Shown piece after piece: positions 15,671-23,259 of a stretch of DNA of 23,259 nt. The translations under genes and the position numbers were made by a program. Origin of the DNA: Tolypothrix carrinoi HA7290-LM1 (GTDB lineage: Bacteria; Cyanobacteriota; Cyanobacteriia; Cyanobacteriales; Nostocaceae); the NCBI GenBank assembly GCA_019358935.1, contig JAHHIK010000123.1, positions 1 through 23,259 on the forward strand, in the 5' to 3' direction. Every line of letters starts with the position of its first letter. The first letter of the stretch is position 1. Under the pieces are notes generated by a model. That model saw nothing but the letters and a program-made list of their open reading frames with translations, had not been told where the DNA came from and searched no databases.

Positions 15671-18600
15671 ATGCAAGCTTTGGCTGAATTTCTTCATCTA
15701 CCATCAATAGAATCGGTAATTGATTTTTCTTTTTTGACTGTTGCACCTGCAACATCTGTAATCGAAGCGATCGCGCTTTTGAGTCAGGAACAAGCTAGCG
15801 CTGTCTTGGTAATCGAAGAACACACTCTTGGCTGGTTTACACCGCAAGATGTTCTGCGGCTAATTTCTCATGAAGTTGACTTGAAAACTACTCAGATTTC
15901 TCAAGTCATGAATCATTCAGTAATTACGCTGAAAAAATCTGATTTTCACGATATCGCTACAGCTTTGTCATTATTGCGCCAACATCAGTTAAGTTTAATT
16001 CCAATTGTTGATGAGCAAAATGAATTATTAGGTATAGTCACATTTCAAAGCATTTGTCAAGCGCTAGAAACGAAAGTAAAAAAACGAGATTTTCTAGAGT
16101 CGGCATCGCTAGTAGAGACGAACGAGGATGTATTTCGGCAACTTGTAGAAAACATTTGCGAAGTTTTCTTTGTACGCGACCCGAAAGAGAACAAGATAGT
16201 TTATGTTAGTCCGGCTTATGAAAAAATTTGGGGACGTAAGTGCTCAAGCCTGTATGAAAATCCGCTGGACTTTACCGAAGCGATTCATCCGGAAGATCGC
16301 GATCGCATAATCGCCGACATCACCGCCCAAACATCCGGCAAGCCTTACGAACAAGAATACAGGATTTTGCGTCCCGACGGCGAAGTGCGCTGGATTTGGT
16401 CGCGAGCTTTTCCCCTCAAAAATGAATTGGGAGAAGTTTACCGCATGACTGGGATTGCTCAAGACATTACTTTGGCAAAACAAGCGACTGAGTTGTTGCG
16501 AGAAAGTGAAGAACGCTTTCAGACAATGGCTGATTCTGCACCAGTGCTTATCTGGATGGCAGACACAGACGGGCTGTGTACGTTTTGCAACCAGGCTTTA
16601 TTAGAATTCACTGGACGAACCCAAGAACAAGAATTAGGCAACGGTTGGACAGATAACATTCATCCCGAAGATAAACGCTGTATAAATACTTACCTTTCAG
16701 CTTTTAATGCTCGTGAGTGCTTCCAGATGGAATATCGTCTCCGACGTGCAGATGGAGAGTATCGTTGGTTACTCGATAAAGCCATCCCCAGATTTACACC
16801 TGATGGTAACTTTGCTGGTTACATCGGTTGCTGCATAGATATTACCGAACTCAAGCAAACGAACGAAGAGTTAGAAACACACATAGCAGAACGCACTAAA
16901 ATTGTCAAACAAATGAATCGGCAACTAGTGCTAGAAATGGCAGATCGCCAGCATTTTGAAGACGAATTACGGCGATCTGAGCAAATGTTGCAACTAGTGC
17001 TAAACAATATCCCCCAACGTGTTTTCTGGAAAGATAGAAATTCCGTTTACTTGGGTTGTAACCAAAATTTTGCTAATAGTGTCGGTTTTGACAATTCAGA
17101 AGATATTGTAGGTAAAACTGACTACGATTTGCTTTGCAATCAACAAGAAGCTAGCTTTTATCGAGAGTGTGATGCCAGGGTAATGCAGACAAATACCCCT
17201 GAATACAAAATTGTCGAACCCCACACTCAAAGAGATGGTAAACAAACTTGGTTGGAGACAAATAAAGTCCCGCTTCATAACACCGAAGGTAAGGTGGTGG
17301 GTATCCTTGGCACCTTTGAAGATATTACAGTCAAAAAACAGGCAGAATTAGCATTGCGCGAAACTCAAGAGCGACTGCAAGCAATTTTAGATAATTCTCC
17401 AGCAGTTATTTATATAGTAGATACCGAGGATAGATATCTGTTGATCAACCGTCAGTATGAAAAGCTGTTTAACATTACGAATAAGGAAATTGCAGGTAAA
17501 AGCGTATATGATATTTGGTCTAAAGATGTTGCCGATGGGTTTGCGGCAAATAACCGTCAGGTACTCTTAAATAATATTCCCGTAGAAGCGGAAGAAGTTG
17601 CTCCCCAAGAAGATGGGTTGCACACTTACTTATCAGTTAAGTTTCCTTTACTTGATGCCAAAGGTGCTGCTTATGGTGTATGTGGAATTTCTACAGACAT
17701 TACAGAACGCAAACGCATCGAGTCAGAATTGCGCCAAAGTGAAGAACGCTTTCGCACTTTAGTTGAAGGTGTCAGAGACTACGCAATTTTTATGCTCTCA
17801 CCACAAGGACAAATTGCTAGCTGGAACTTTGGCGCCCAAAGCATTACCGGATATCAAGAAGCAGAAATTATCGGGCAGCATTTTTCTTGCTTTCAAAAGC
17901 TTGAAGAAACTAGCGTTATAAATGAAGAATTAGAGATAGCAGCAGCGACAGGTCGATTTGAATGTGAAGGCGATCGCATCCGCAAAGATGGTTCGCACTT
18001 CTGGGCAAATATTGTAATTACCGCATTACGAGATGAAACCGGGTTACGTGGCTTTTGCCAATTTCTCCGCGATATCACATACAAAAAAGTAGCGGAGGAA
18101 ACTTTGTTACGCTGGCGAAAAGCAATCGAAAGTAGCAGCGATGCGATTGGGATAACTGACATCGACGGGCAGGGAGTTTATGTTAATCCAGCGTTTATCG
18201 AATTGTTTGCTTACACAGTAGAAGAGTTAAATGCAGTCGGCGGACCATCTGCTATTTTTACAAAGAAGCCGGAATTTGAGAGAATAAAAGAGACTGTGCA
18301 GCGTGGCGAGTCGTGGCGTGGTGAAGTGAGTTTGCAAACCCGCATTGGTCGCATTGTCCAAATTGATTTACGTGCCGATGCGATTAAAGATGCTGCGGGG
18401 AAAATTATCGGCACTGTTGGTATCCACACCGATATTACTGAGCGCAAGCGAGTAGAGCAAACTTTAAAACTACGCGATCGGGCGATCGCTGCCTGCAACA
18501 ATGGCATTATGATTTCTGATGCCAAATTGCCAGATTCGCCGCTTATCTATGTCAATGCTGCCTTTGAGCGAATGACCGGCTACACAGCAGTAGAAGTCAT

Positions 18601-19999
18601 CGGACGCAATTGCCGTTTTCTCCAAGGTAGCGATACTCAACAACCAGAAATCAAGCAACTTCGTGCAGCTATACGGCAAGAAGAAGAATGCACGGTGATT
18701 ATACGCAACTATCGTCAAGATGGTACTTTGTTTTGGAATAAATTAAACATTTCTCCAGTTTTTGATGTCAATGGTGTCTGCACCCACTATATCGGTATTC
18801 AAACCGATGTTAGCGAGCAGCAAGCTGCGCTACGCGAACGCAAGTTAGCAGAAACAATTCTACTGGTATTGCAACAAAGGCTGCAATATCTACTTGACTC
18901 TAGCCCTGGCGTGATTTATACCTGCAAAACTTCCGGAAATTACCGCACCACCTTCGTCAGCGAAAATATCGTCGCCATGCTGGGGTATCAAGCACAAGAA
19001 TTTCTCTCTTCTTCTAGCTTCTGGGCTAGCCACATTCACCCAGAAGACGCACCGCAGGTATTTGCTCAGATGTCAAGGATATTTGAGCAAGAACAGTACA
19101 ACCACGAATATCGCTTTTTGCATCAAGATGGGGTTTATCGGTGGATATACGACCAAGCGAAACTAGTGCGCGATCGAGCTGGCAATCCACTGGAAATTGT
19201 CGGTTACTGGGCAGATATTAGCGATCGCAAGCAATTAGAAGAGGAACTCAGAAGTGCGTTAGAAAAAGAAAAAGAACTTAACGAACTTAAATCCCGCTTT
19301 ATTTCCATGACTTCCCATGAATTCCGCACACCGTTGAGTACTATTCTTTCTTCTTGCGAGTTACTCGAACACTACCGACACAAATGGACGCAAGAAAAAC
19401 AACTCAATCATTTGCATCGCATTCAAAACGCTGTCAAGCGGATGACTGAAATGTTTAATGATGTTTTGTTTATTAGTAAGGAAGAAGCGGGAAAACTAGA
19501 CTATAGAACACAAACCTTGGATTTGGTTCAATACTGCCGTCATTTGGTGGAAGAAGTGCAACAGAATCTCAGCTGTCACGAATCGGCACAACCCAGCCCG
19601 CGTATTGCTTTTAGCAGTCAATATCAATTCATGCGATGTTGCATGGATGAAAACTTGCTGGAACACATTCTGAGTAACTTACTCTCAAATGCGATTAAGT
19701 ATTCAAATATTGATTCTACCGTCAAGTTTACTTTGACTTTTGAGGATGAACGAGCAATATTTGTGATTCAAGACCAAGGTATTGGTATTCCTCAAGAAGA
19801 CCTACTTCACCTGTATGAATCTTTCCACCGTGCCACTAATGTTGGCAATCGCCAAGGAACCGGCTTAGGATTGGCGATTGTGAAAAAGTGTGTATATATA
19901 CACCAAGGGGAAATTTTTGTCAAGAGTGAACTAGGCGTTGGGACAACTTTTACTGTGATTCTACCTTTAAATAAAGCGGACGCTTGTACTGGGGACTGA
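15671..19999 (+). CDS. Cytoplasmic sensor histidine kinase: CBS pair + 8 PAS domains (the 7th is LOV) + HisKA + HATPase
   Basis: CBS motifs 'ISQVMN...LIPIVDEQNELLGIVT'. Repeated PAS/PAC units ending in DIT. LOV motif GRNCRFLQG (18602-18628). SHEFRTPL, NLLSNAIKY, DQGIGI and GTGLGL boxes. No TM segment evident. Confidence 0.92.
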   Translation: MQALAEFLHLPSIESVIDFSFLTVAPATSVIEAIALLSQEQASAVLVIEEHTLGWFTPQDVLRLISHEVDLKTTQISQVMNHSVITLKKSDFHDIATALSLLRQHQLSLIPIVDEQNELLGIVTFQSICQALETKVKKRDFLESASLVETNEDVFRQLVENICEVFFVRDPKENKIVYVSPAYEKIWGRKCSSLYENPLDFTEAIHPEDRDRIIADITAQTSGKPYEQEYRILRPDGEVRWIWSRAFPLKNELGEVYRMTGIAQDITLAKQATELLRESEERFQTMADSAPVLIWMADTDGLCTFCNQALLEFTGRTQEQELGNGWTDNIHPEDKRCINTYLSAFNARECFQMEYRLRRADGEYRWLLDKAIPRFTPDGNFAGYIGCCIDITELKQTNEELETHIAERTKIVKQMNRQLVLEMADRQHFEDELRRSEQMLQLVLNNIPQRVFWKDRNSVYLGCNQNFANSVGFDNSEDIVGKTDYDLLCNQQEASFYRECDARVMQTNTPEYKIVEPHTQRDGKQTWLETNKVPLHNTEGKVVGILGTFEDITVKKQAELALRETQERLQAILDNSPAVIYIVDTEDRYLLINRQYEKLFNITNKEIAGKSVYDIWSKDVADGFAANNRQVLLNNIPVEAEEVAPQEDGLHTYLSVKFPLLDAKGAAYGVCGISTDITERKRIESELRQSEERFRTLVEGVRDYAIFMLSPQGQIASWNFGAQSITGYQEAEIIGQHFSCFQKLEETSVINEELEIAAATGRFECEGDRIRKDGSHFWANIVITALRDETGLRGFCQFLRDITYKKVAEETLLRWRKAIESSSDAIGITDIDGQGVYVNPAFIELFAYTVEELNAVGGPSAIFTKKPEFERIKETVQRGESWRGEVSLQTRIGRIVQIDLRADAIKDAAGKIIGTVGIHTDITERKRVEQTLKLRDRAIAACNNGIMISDAKLPDSPLIYVNAAFERMTGYTAVEVIGRNCRFLQGSDTQQPEIKQLRAAIRQEEECTVIIRNYRQDGTLFWNKLNISPVFDVNGVCTHYIGIQTDVSEQQAALRERKLAETILLVLQQRLQYLLDSSPGVIYTCKTSGNYRTTFVSENIVAMLGYQAQEFLSSSSFWASHIHPEDAPQVFAQMSRIFEQEQYNHEYRFLHQDGVYRWIYDQAKLVRDRAGNPLEIVGYWADISDRKQLEEELRSALEKEKELNELKSRFISMTSHEFRTPLSTILSSCELLEHYRHKWTQEKQLNHLHRIQNAVKRMTEMFNDVLFISKEEAGKLDYRTQTLDLVQYCRHLVEEVQQNLSCHESAQPSPRIAFSSQYQFMRCCMDENLLEHILSNLLSNAIKYSNIDSTVKFTLTFEDERAIFVIQDQGIGIPQEDLLHLYESFHRATNVGNRQGTGLGLAIVKKCVYIHQGEIFVKSELGVGTTFTVILPLNKADACTGD
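18813..18841. mobile_element. SDR-like 21-bp in-frame insertion at a HIP1-like site
   Basis: The sequence is GCGA[GCAGCAAGCTGCGCTACGCGA]ACGC. Removing 21 nt gives D-V-S-E-R-K, matching the DITERK/DISDRK ends of the other PAS domains. Confidence 0.7.
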
Positions 20000-20037
20000 T
20001 GAGTCCGTAATAAATTAGATACAACTGGAGATAAATC

Positions 20038-21255
20038 ATGACTAAGATTTTAGTAATTGAAGATGAAAAAGCTGTCCGCGAAAACCTTTTGGAATTGCTG
20101 GAAGCTGAAGATTTTCAGACTGTTGCCGCTGCCAATGGACGAATTGGATTAGAGTTAGCTAGTGTGGAAAATCCGGATTTAATTTTGTGCGACATGATGA
20201 TGCCGGAAATAGACGGTTATGGGGTGTTAGCAACATTACGACAAGACCCGGTAACGGCAACAATTCCGTTTATTTTCCTCACAGCAAAGTCTAGCAGGTC
20301 TGACTTTCGTCATGGCATGAATTTGGGTGCTGATGACTATTTAACGAAACCATTTACTCGCGCTGAATTATTAAGTGCGATCGGGGGTCGTTTAAATAAG
20401 CAAGCTACTTGGAAAAAGTATTTACCCCGGAAAACAGAAGTTGAGGAATTTCAGAGTGAAATTAACATAATTGAAGAGATTTTACGCCATGCTTTAAATG
20501 ACGGAGAACTTCAACAATTTTATGTTCAGTATCAACCAATAGTTGATATTAATTCTGGAAAAATTATTGGTGCTGAAAGTTTGTTACGTTGGCAAAGCCC
20601 CCAATTGGGACTAGTATCACCCTCAGAATTGATTCCTTTAGCAGAATCTACTGGTTTAATTATTCCTATTGGCGAATGGGTATTGCAAACAGTCTGTAAA
20701 CAAATTAAAATTTGGCGCGATGCTGGCTTTACTTCGTTACCTATCACTGTGAATTTATCATCACGTCAATTTACTCAAATAGATTTTAACCAAAAACTTT
20801 TGGGATTTTTAAATGCAAACAATTTGCCACCAAGTTGCTTAGAACTAGAATTAACCGAAAGCATGATAATGCAAGATGTGAATAGTGCGATCGCCACTAT
20901 GAATGAATTGCAATCTTTCGGAGTCAAAATTGCTATTGACGATTTCGGTACAGGTTATTCTTCTTTAATGTATCTGAAAAAATTACCGATTCATACCTTG
21001 AAAATCGACCGTTACTTTATCCAAAATATTGGTTATGACCACCAAAAGTCAGCAATTACAAAAGCATTAATTCAAATGGGACACAATTTAAATCTAAACG
21101 TAGTTGCTGAAGGTGTGGAAACCGAAGCCGAACTAGCTTATCTTAGGCAACATAACTGTGATGCTATGCAAGGTTTTCTCTTCAGTCGTCCTTTAGGCGT
21201 ACCCGAATTTGAAAAATTGTTGTTTGCCGACAAACATCGATTTAAACAACAATAA
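20038..21255 (+). CDS. Response regulator with EAL c-di-GMP phosphodiesterase output (REC-EAL)
   Basis: REC motifs 'ILVIEDE...LILCDMMMP...FLTA...DYLTKPF'. EAL motifs YQP, AESLLR, VNLS, ELTE, DDFGTGYSS, KID, AEGVE and QGF. No GGDEF domain. Confidence 0.92.
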   Translation: MTKILVIEDEKAVRENLLELLEAEDFQTVAAANGRIGLELASVENPDLILCDMMMPEIDGYGVLATLRQDPVTATIPFIFLTAKSSRSDFRHGMNLGADDYLTKPFTRAELLSAIGGRLNKQATWKKYLPRKTEVEEFQSEINIIEEILRHALNDGELQQFYVQYQPIVDINSGKIIGAESLLRWQSPQLGLVSPSELIPLAESTGLIIPIGEWVLQTVCKQIKIWRDAGFTSLPITVNLSSRQFTQIDFNQKLLGFLNANNLPPSCLELELTESMIMQDVNSAIATMNELQSFGVKIAIDDFGTGYSSLMYLKKLPIHTLKIDRYFIQNIGYDHQKSAITKALIQMGHNLNLNVVAEGVETEAELAYLRQHNCDAMQGFLFSRPLGVPEFEKLLFADKHRFKQQ

Positions 21256-21280
21256 ATTTTGCCTCGGCAATTATTAAATA

Positions 21281-21371
21281 GGTAATGGGTAATGGTGAGC
21301 CAGCGCGGTCTTGGGGGTCTCCCCCATGAGCGACTGGCGAACCCCGAAGGGGGGAATGGGTAATGGGTAAT
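21281..21371. repeat. STRR (GGGTAAT)n array interrupted by an SDR-like structured unit
   Basis: GGTAATGGGTAATGGT-[GAGCCAGCGCGGTCTTGGGGGTCTCCCCCATGAGCGACTGGCG-AACCCCGAAGGGG]-GGAATGGGTAATGGGTAAT. Confidence 0.8.
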
Positions 21372-21394
21372 AGGATAAATCCTTCGTTCTCCCC

Positions 21395-21729
21395 CTAGGG
21401 CGTGTTGTCGCTCCTACTCGTTTAGCCTCCTAACTTTTAAGATCCCCCTTTTCAAGGGGGACTTTAAGAATCTCTTAGCCCCCTGACCAAGAGGAGCCAC
21501 TTGCGTGGTGAGGCAGCGCGGACCAGACCAGCCCCCGTCTTGGCGGTCTCCCTGATCGATGGGGGACTGGCTCTCCCGTTGGGTCTTGGGGAGGCAGTGC
21601 GTTGGGCGGCTCTGCCGACTTGAAGCACCTGCCGTGGTTTCCCCCATGAGCGACTGCCGCTCATGGTTTCCCGACTTGAGCAAAGTGGCGTGGGTTGGGG
21701 AGATTTAAGACTTTGAAAACACGCCCTAG
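21395..21729. mobile_element. MITE containing nested SDR-like units
   Basis: 15-bp terminal IRs CTAGGGCGTGTTGTC / GAAAACACGCCCTAG (1 mismatch). The GC-rich interior (21495-21691) is built from nested related hairpin units. Confidence 0.8.
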
Positions 21730-21733
21730 CGCC

Positions 21734-22759
21734 CTAACGCACCCTATCAAGAACACCCCAATCACCGGAGGGAACAAAGCTCGCCCAAAAATAGGGATGC
21801 TCATAACCAGGGGTGTTGATAAACTCCAGCTGTGTTTCTCGCAGTGCTTCGTGTCTACCTTTACCGCCTTTCAACTTTTGATAATAGTTCACCATCAAGT
21901 CTTTAGTTGCAATGTCGTCAACAGACCACAAACTCAAGATTTGACTTTGTACACCTGCAATCACGAAAGCACGCCGCAACCCATAGACCCCTTCCCCAAC
22001 TTTGACATCACCCGTTCCAGTTTCGCAAGCAGAGAGCACCGCTAACTGAGTTCCGTGCAAATTTAGTCCGGCGACTTCTAGAGCAGTGAGAACTCCGTCA
22101 TCATTACCTGCGGTATTCTGGTTACGTTTGTTGACACCAGCTAATGCTAACCCTGCCCGCAACAGGGGATTTTCTCCTTGTAATTTTGGTTGCGGTTGTC
22201 CTAATCCAGTTAAGGATAAATTGGAATTGGGTTCTAGATCCGAGAGAAAGAAACCGTGGGTAGCTAGATGTAAAATACTGGGAGCCTGTAGTTGTTTGAC
22301 AGCGCTTTCTGTTGCTTGTTTACCCAACAACACTTTCGCATTAGGAAAGATTTTTTGAACCGCAGCTGCTTCTTCTTTTGTACCAGGAAGTGAGTCAAAT
22401 GTCAGGGAAGCTTGGTCAACTGAGGTGTTTTTTTGTCCAGATGCAACTTGTCGCGTCTCTACATTGTCGTAGTCGATATCAGCCAACACCACAGGAGCAG
22501 AACTGCTATTCAATGAAGATGGAAACCGCAACAAATCGCGACCAGAGGTGAGATAAGATATTGAATACCGCTGAATTAGGTATTGTCTTTTCTCATCTCG
22601 CAGCGCTTCAAAGGGAATTAGTGTTAACTGTCCATCGGGAGACAGCAATATCTGACGCGCATTACCCAGTAAAGTCCGAATGGGAGACATTACTTGCTTA
22701 TCCAGTTTGCGAGCCATTTCCTGTGCCGGTTTGGCTAACGTTCGGTTTGTCAAAGCTTC
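21734..22759 (-). pseudogene. C-terminal CHAT (caspase HetF-associated with TPRs) protease domain, cut off from its 5' part by an IS
   Basis: ILLSPDGQLTLIPFEAL, LPGT.EE, LHLATHGFF (catalytic His), VLSACETG (catalytic Cys), SLWSVDD and HPYFWASF. Upstream of ~22759 the sequence is the tnpB element end. Confidence 0.8.
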
Positions 22760-22772
22760 CGCTCTGTAAAAC

Positions 22773-23134
22773 TTATACAATCTTGGACATGCCAAGTTGA
22801 GGCTTACTTCCTGTTTCAATCGGTCCCCCAGGCAGATCCCGTCCGCAGGCTTCCACGGCAGAGCTTGCCGCAGTTTCTGAATAATCTCTGATATTCAACG
22901 AAGCATTCAAATCGCGGTCAATAGAAATACCACAATTAGGACAGTCGTAAGTCCTTAAGTGTAGTGGCATCGGTTGACGATGACCGCAATTACTGCAAAG
23001 TTGACTAGATGGATAAAATCTGTCGATGACAACAACTTTGCTACCATACCATTCAGCTTTGTATTCCAACTGCCTTCTGAACTCATAGAAACCAGAATCA
23101 GCGATCGCACTCGCTAATTTGTGATTCTTCAGCA
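22773..23134 (-). CDS. tnpB: TnpB RNA-guided nuclease, 3' exon (interrupted by a group II intron)
   Basis: The frame reads LKNHKLASAIADSGFYEFRRQLEYKAEWYG...PSSQLCSNCG...YDCPNCG..IDRDLNASLNI (Zn ribbon + RuvC-III Asp). It extends upstream of the called ORF start to 23134. Confidence 0.88.
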
Positions 23135-23259
23135 GTTAGAGTCGAGAGGGGATATTATTCCCCGTCCCTCTCTGTTAGAACCGTGCGTGCAACTTTTGCT
23201 GCACACGGCTCCCGATATTCTTAAGGGATAACCCTTTTACTCATGTGGGTATAATCGTG
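23135..23259 (-). ncRNA. Group II intron, 3' end (domains V and VI)
   Basis: The minus strand reads GAGCCGTGTGCAGC-AAAA-GTTGC-AC-GCACGGTTC (23211-23178), a 34-nt domain V with the AGC triad and AC bulge. A domain VI hairpin follows, ending CTCGACTCTAAC (AY end) exactly where the tnpB frame resumes. Confidence 0.9.
23221..23259 (-). CDS. Probable last 12 codons of the intron-encoded RT/maturase (HNH tail), partial
   Basis: It reads HDYTHMSKRVIP* and ends just before domain V. H-x3-H resembles the end of the HNH domain of cyanobacterial intron-encoded proteins. Confidence 0.5.
   Translation of the reverse strand, partial: HDYTHMSKRVIP

Larger units (their letters stand above)
92..23108. repeat. 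Dispersed HIP1 octamers (GCGATCGC)
   Basis: Roughly 20 copies by eye (e.g. 92-99, 5388-5395, 7499-7506, 9213-9220, 23101-23108), typical of cyanobacteria. Confidence 0.9.
22759..23259 (-). mobile_element. Right part of a tnpB-carrying IS (IS607-like end; IS200/IS605-IS607 group)
   Basis: The tnpB stop is followed within ~14 nt by ...GTATAAGTTTTACAGAGCGG, then CHAT sequence. The GG end suggests IS607 (inference). The left end and tnpA are outside the window. Confidence 0.7.

Noticed and set aside
21414..21683. 89-aa and 66-aa ORFs
   Set aside because: They lie wholly within the GC-rich nested SDR/MITE element.
22760..22819. Called N-terminus of the 361-aa CHAT ORF as a native start
   Set aside because: These codons belong to the IS right end / tnpB 3' end, not to the original gene.

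Overview
This is chromosomal DNA from a heterocystous (Nostocales-like) cyanobacterium, judging by the many HIP1 GCGATCGC sites, the STRR heptamer arrays and the SDR/MITE-type repeats. From left to right: (1) a decaying STAS-like + PIN two-gene remnant; (2) a ~10.5 kb, mostly minus-strand cluster resembling a ferrosome (fez) locus, made of a P1B-6-like ATPase with non-canonical membrane motifs, a GxxxG-rich DUF5132-type small protein, five further genes carrying the same Cys-free 'H-x-x-x-G-R-x-R' HMA2-like domain (one fused to a PAP2 lipid phosphatase) and an oppositely oriented WD40 gene; (3) a secreted GHL10/DUF187 glycoside hydrolase; (4) a CBS + 8xPAS histidine kinase containing a canonical LOV domain, followed by a REC-EAL phosphodiesterase; (5) a nested mobile-element stack, in which the 3' end of a group II intron sits inside tnpB of an IS607/IS200-605-type element, which in turn interrupts a CHAT (caspase-like) protease gene. 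Several tiny mobile elements (18 bp, 21 bp, 129 bp net) are inserted in frame inside coding sequences, and MITE/SDR stacks fill intergenic spaces. All family assignments come from motif recognition by eye; no searches were run.
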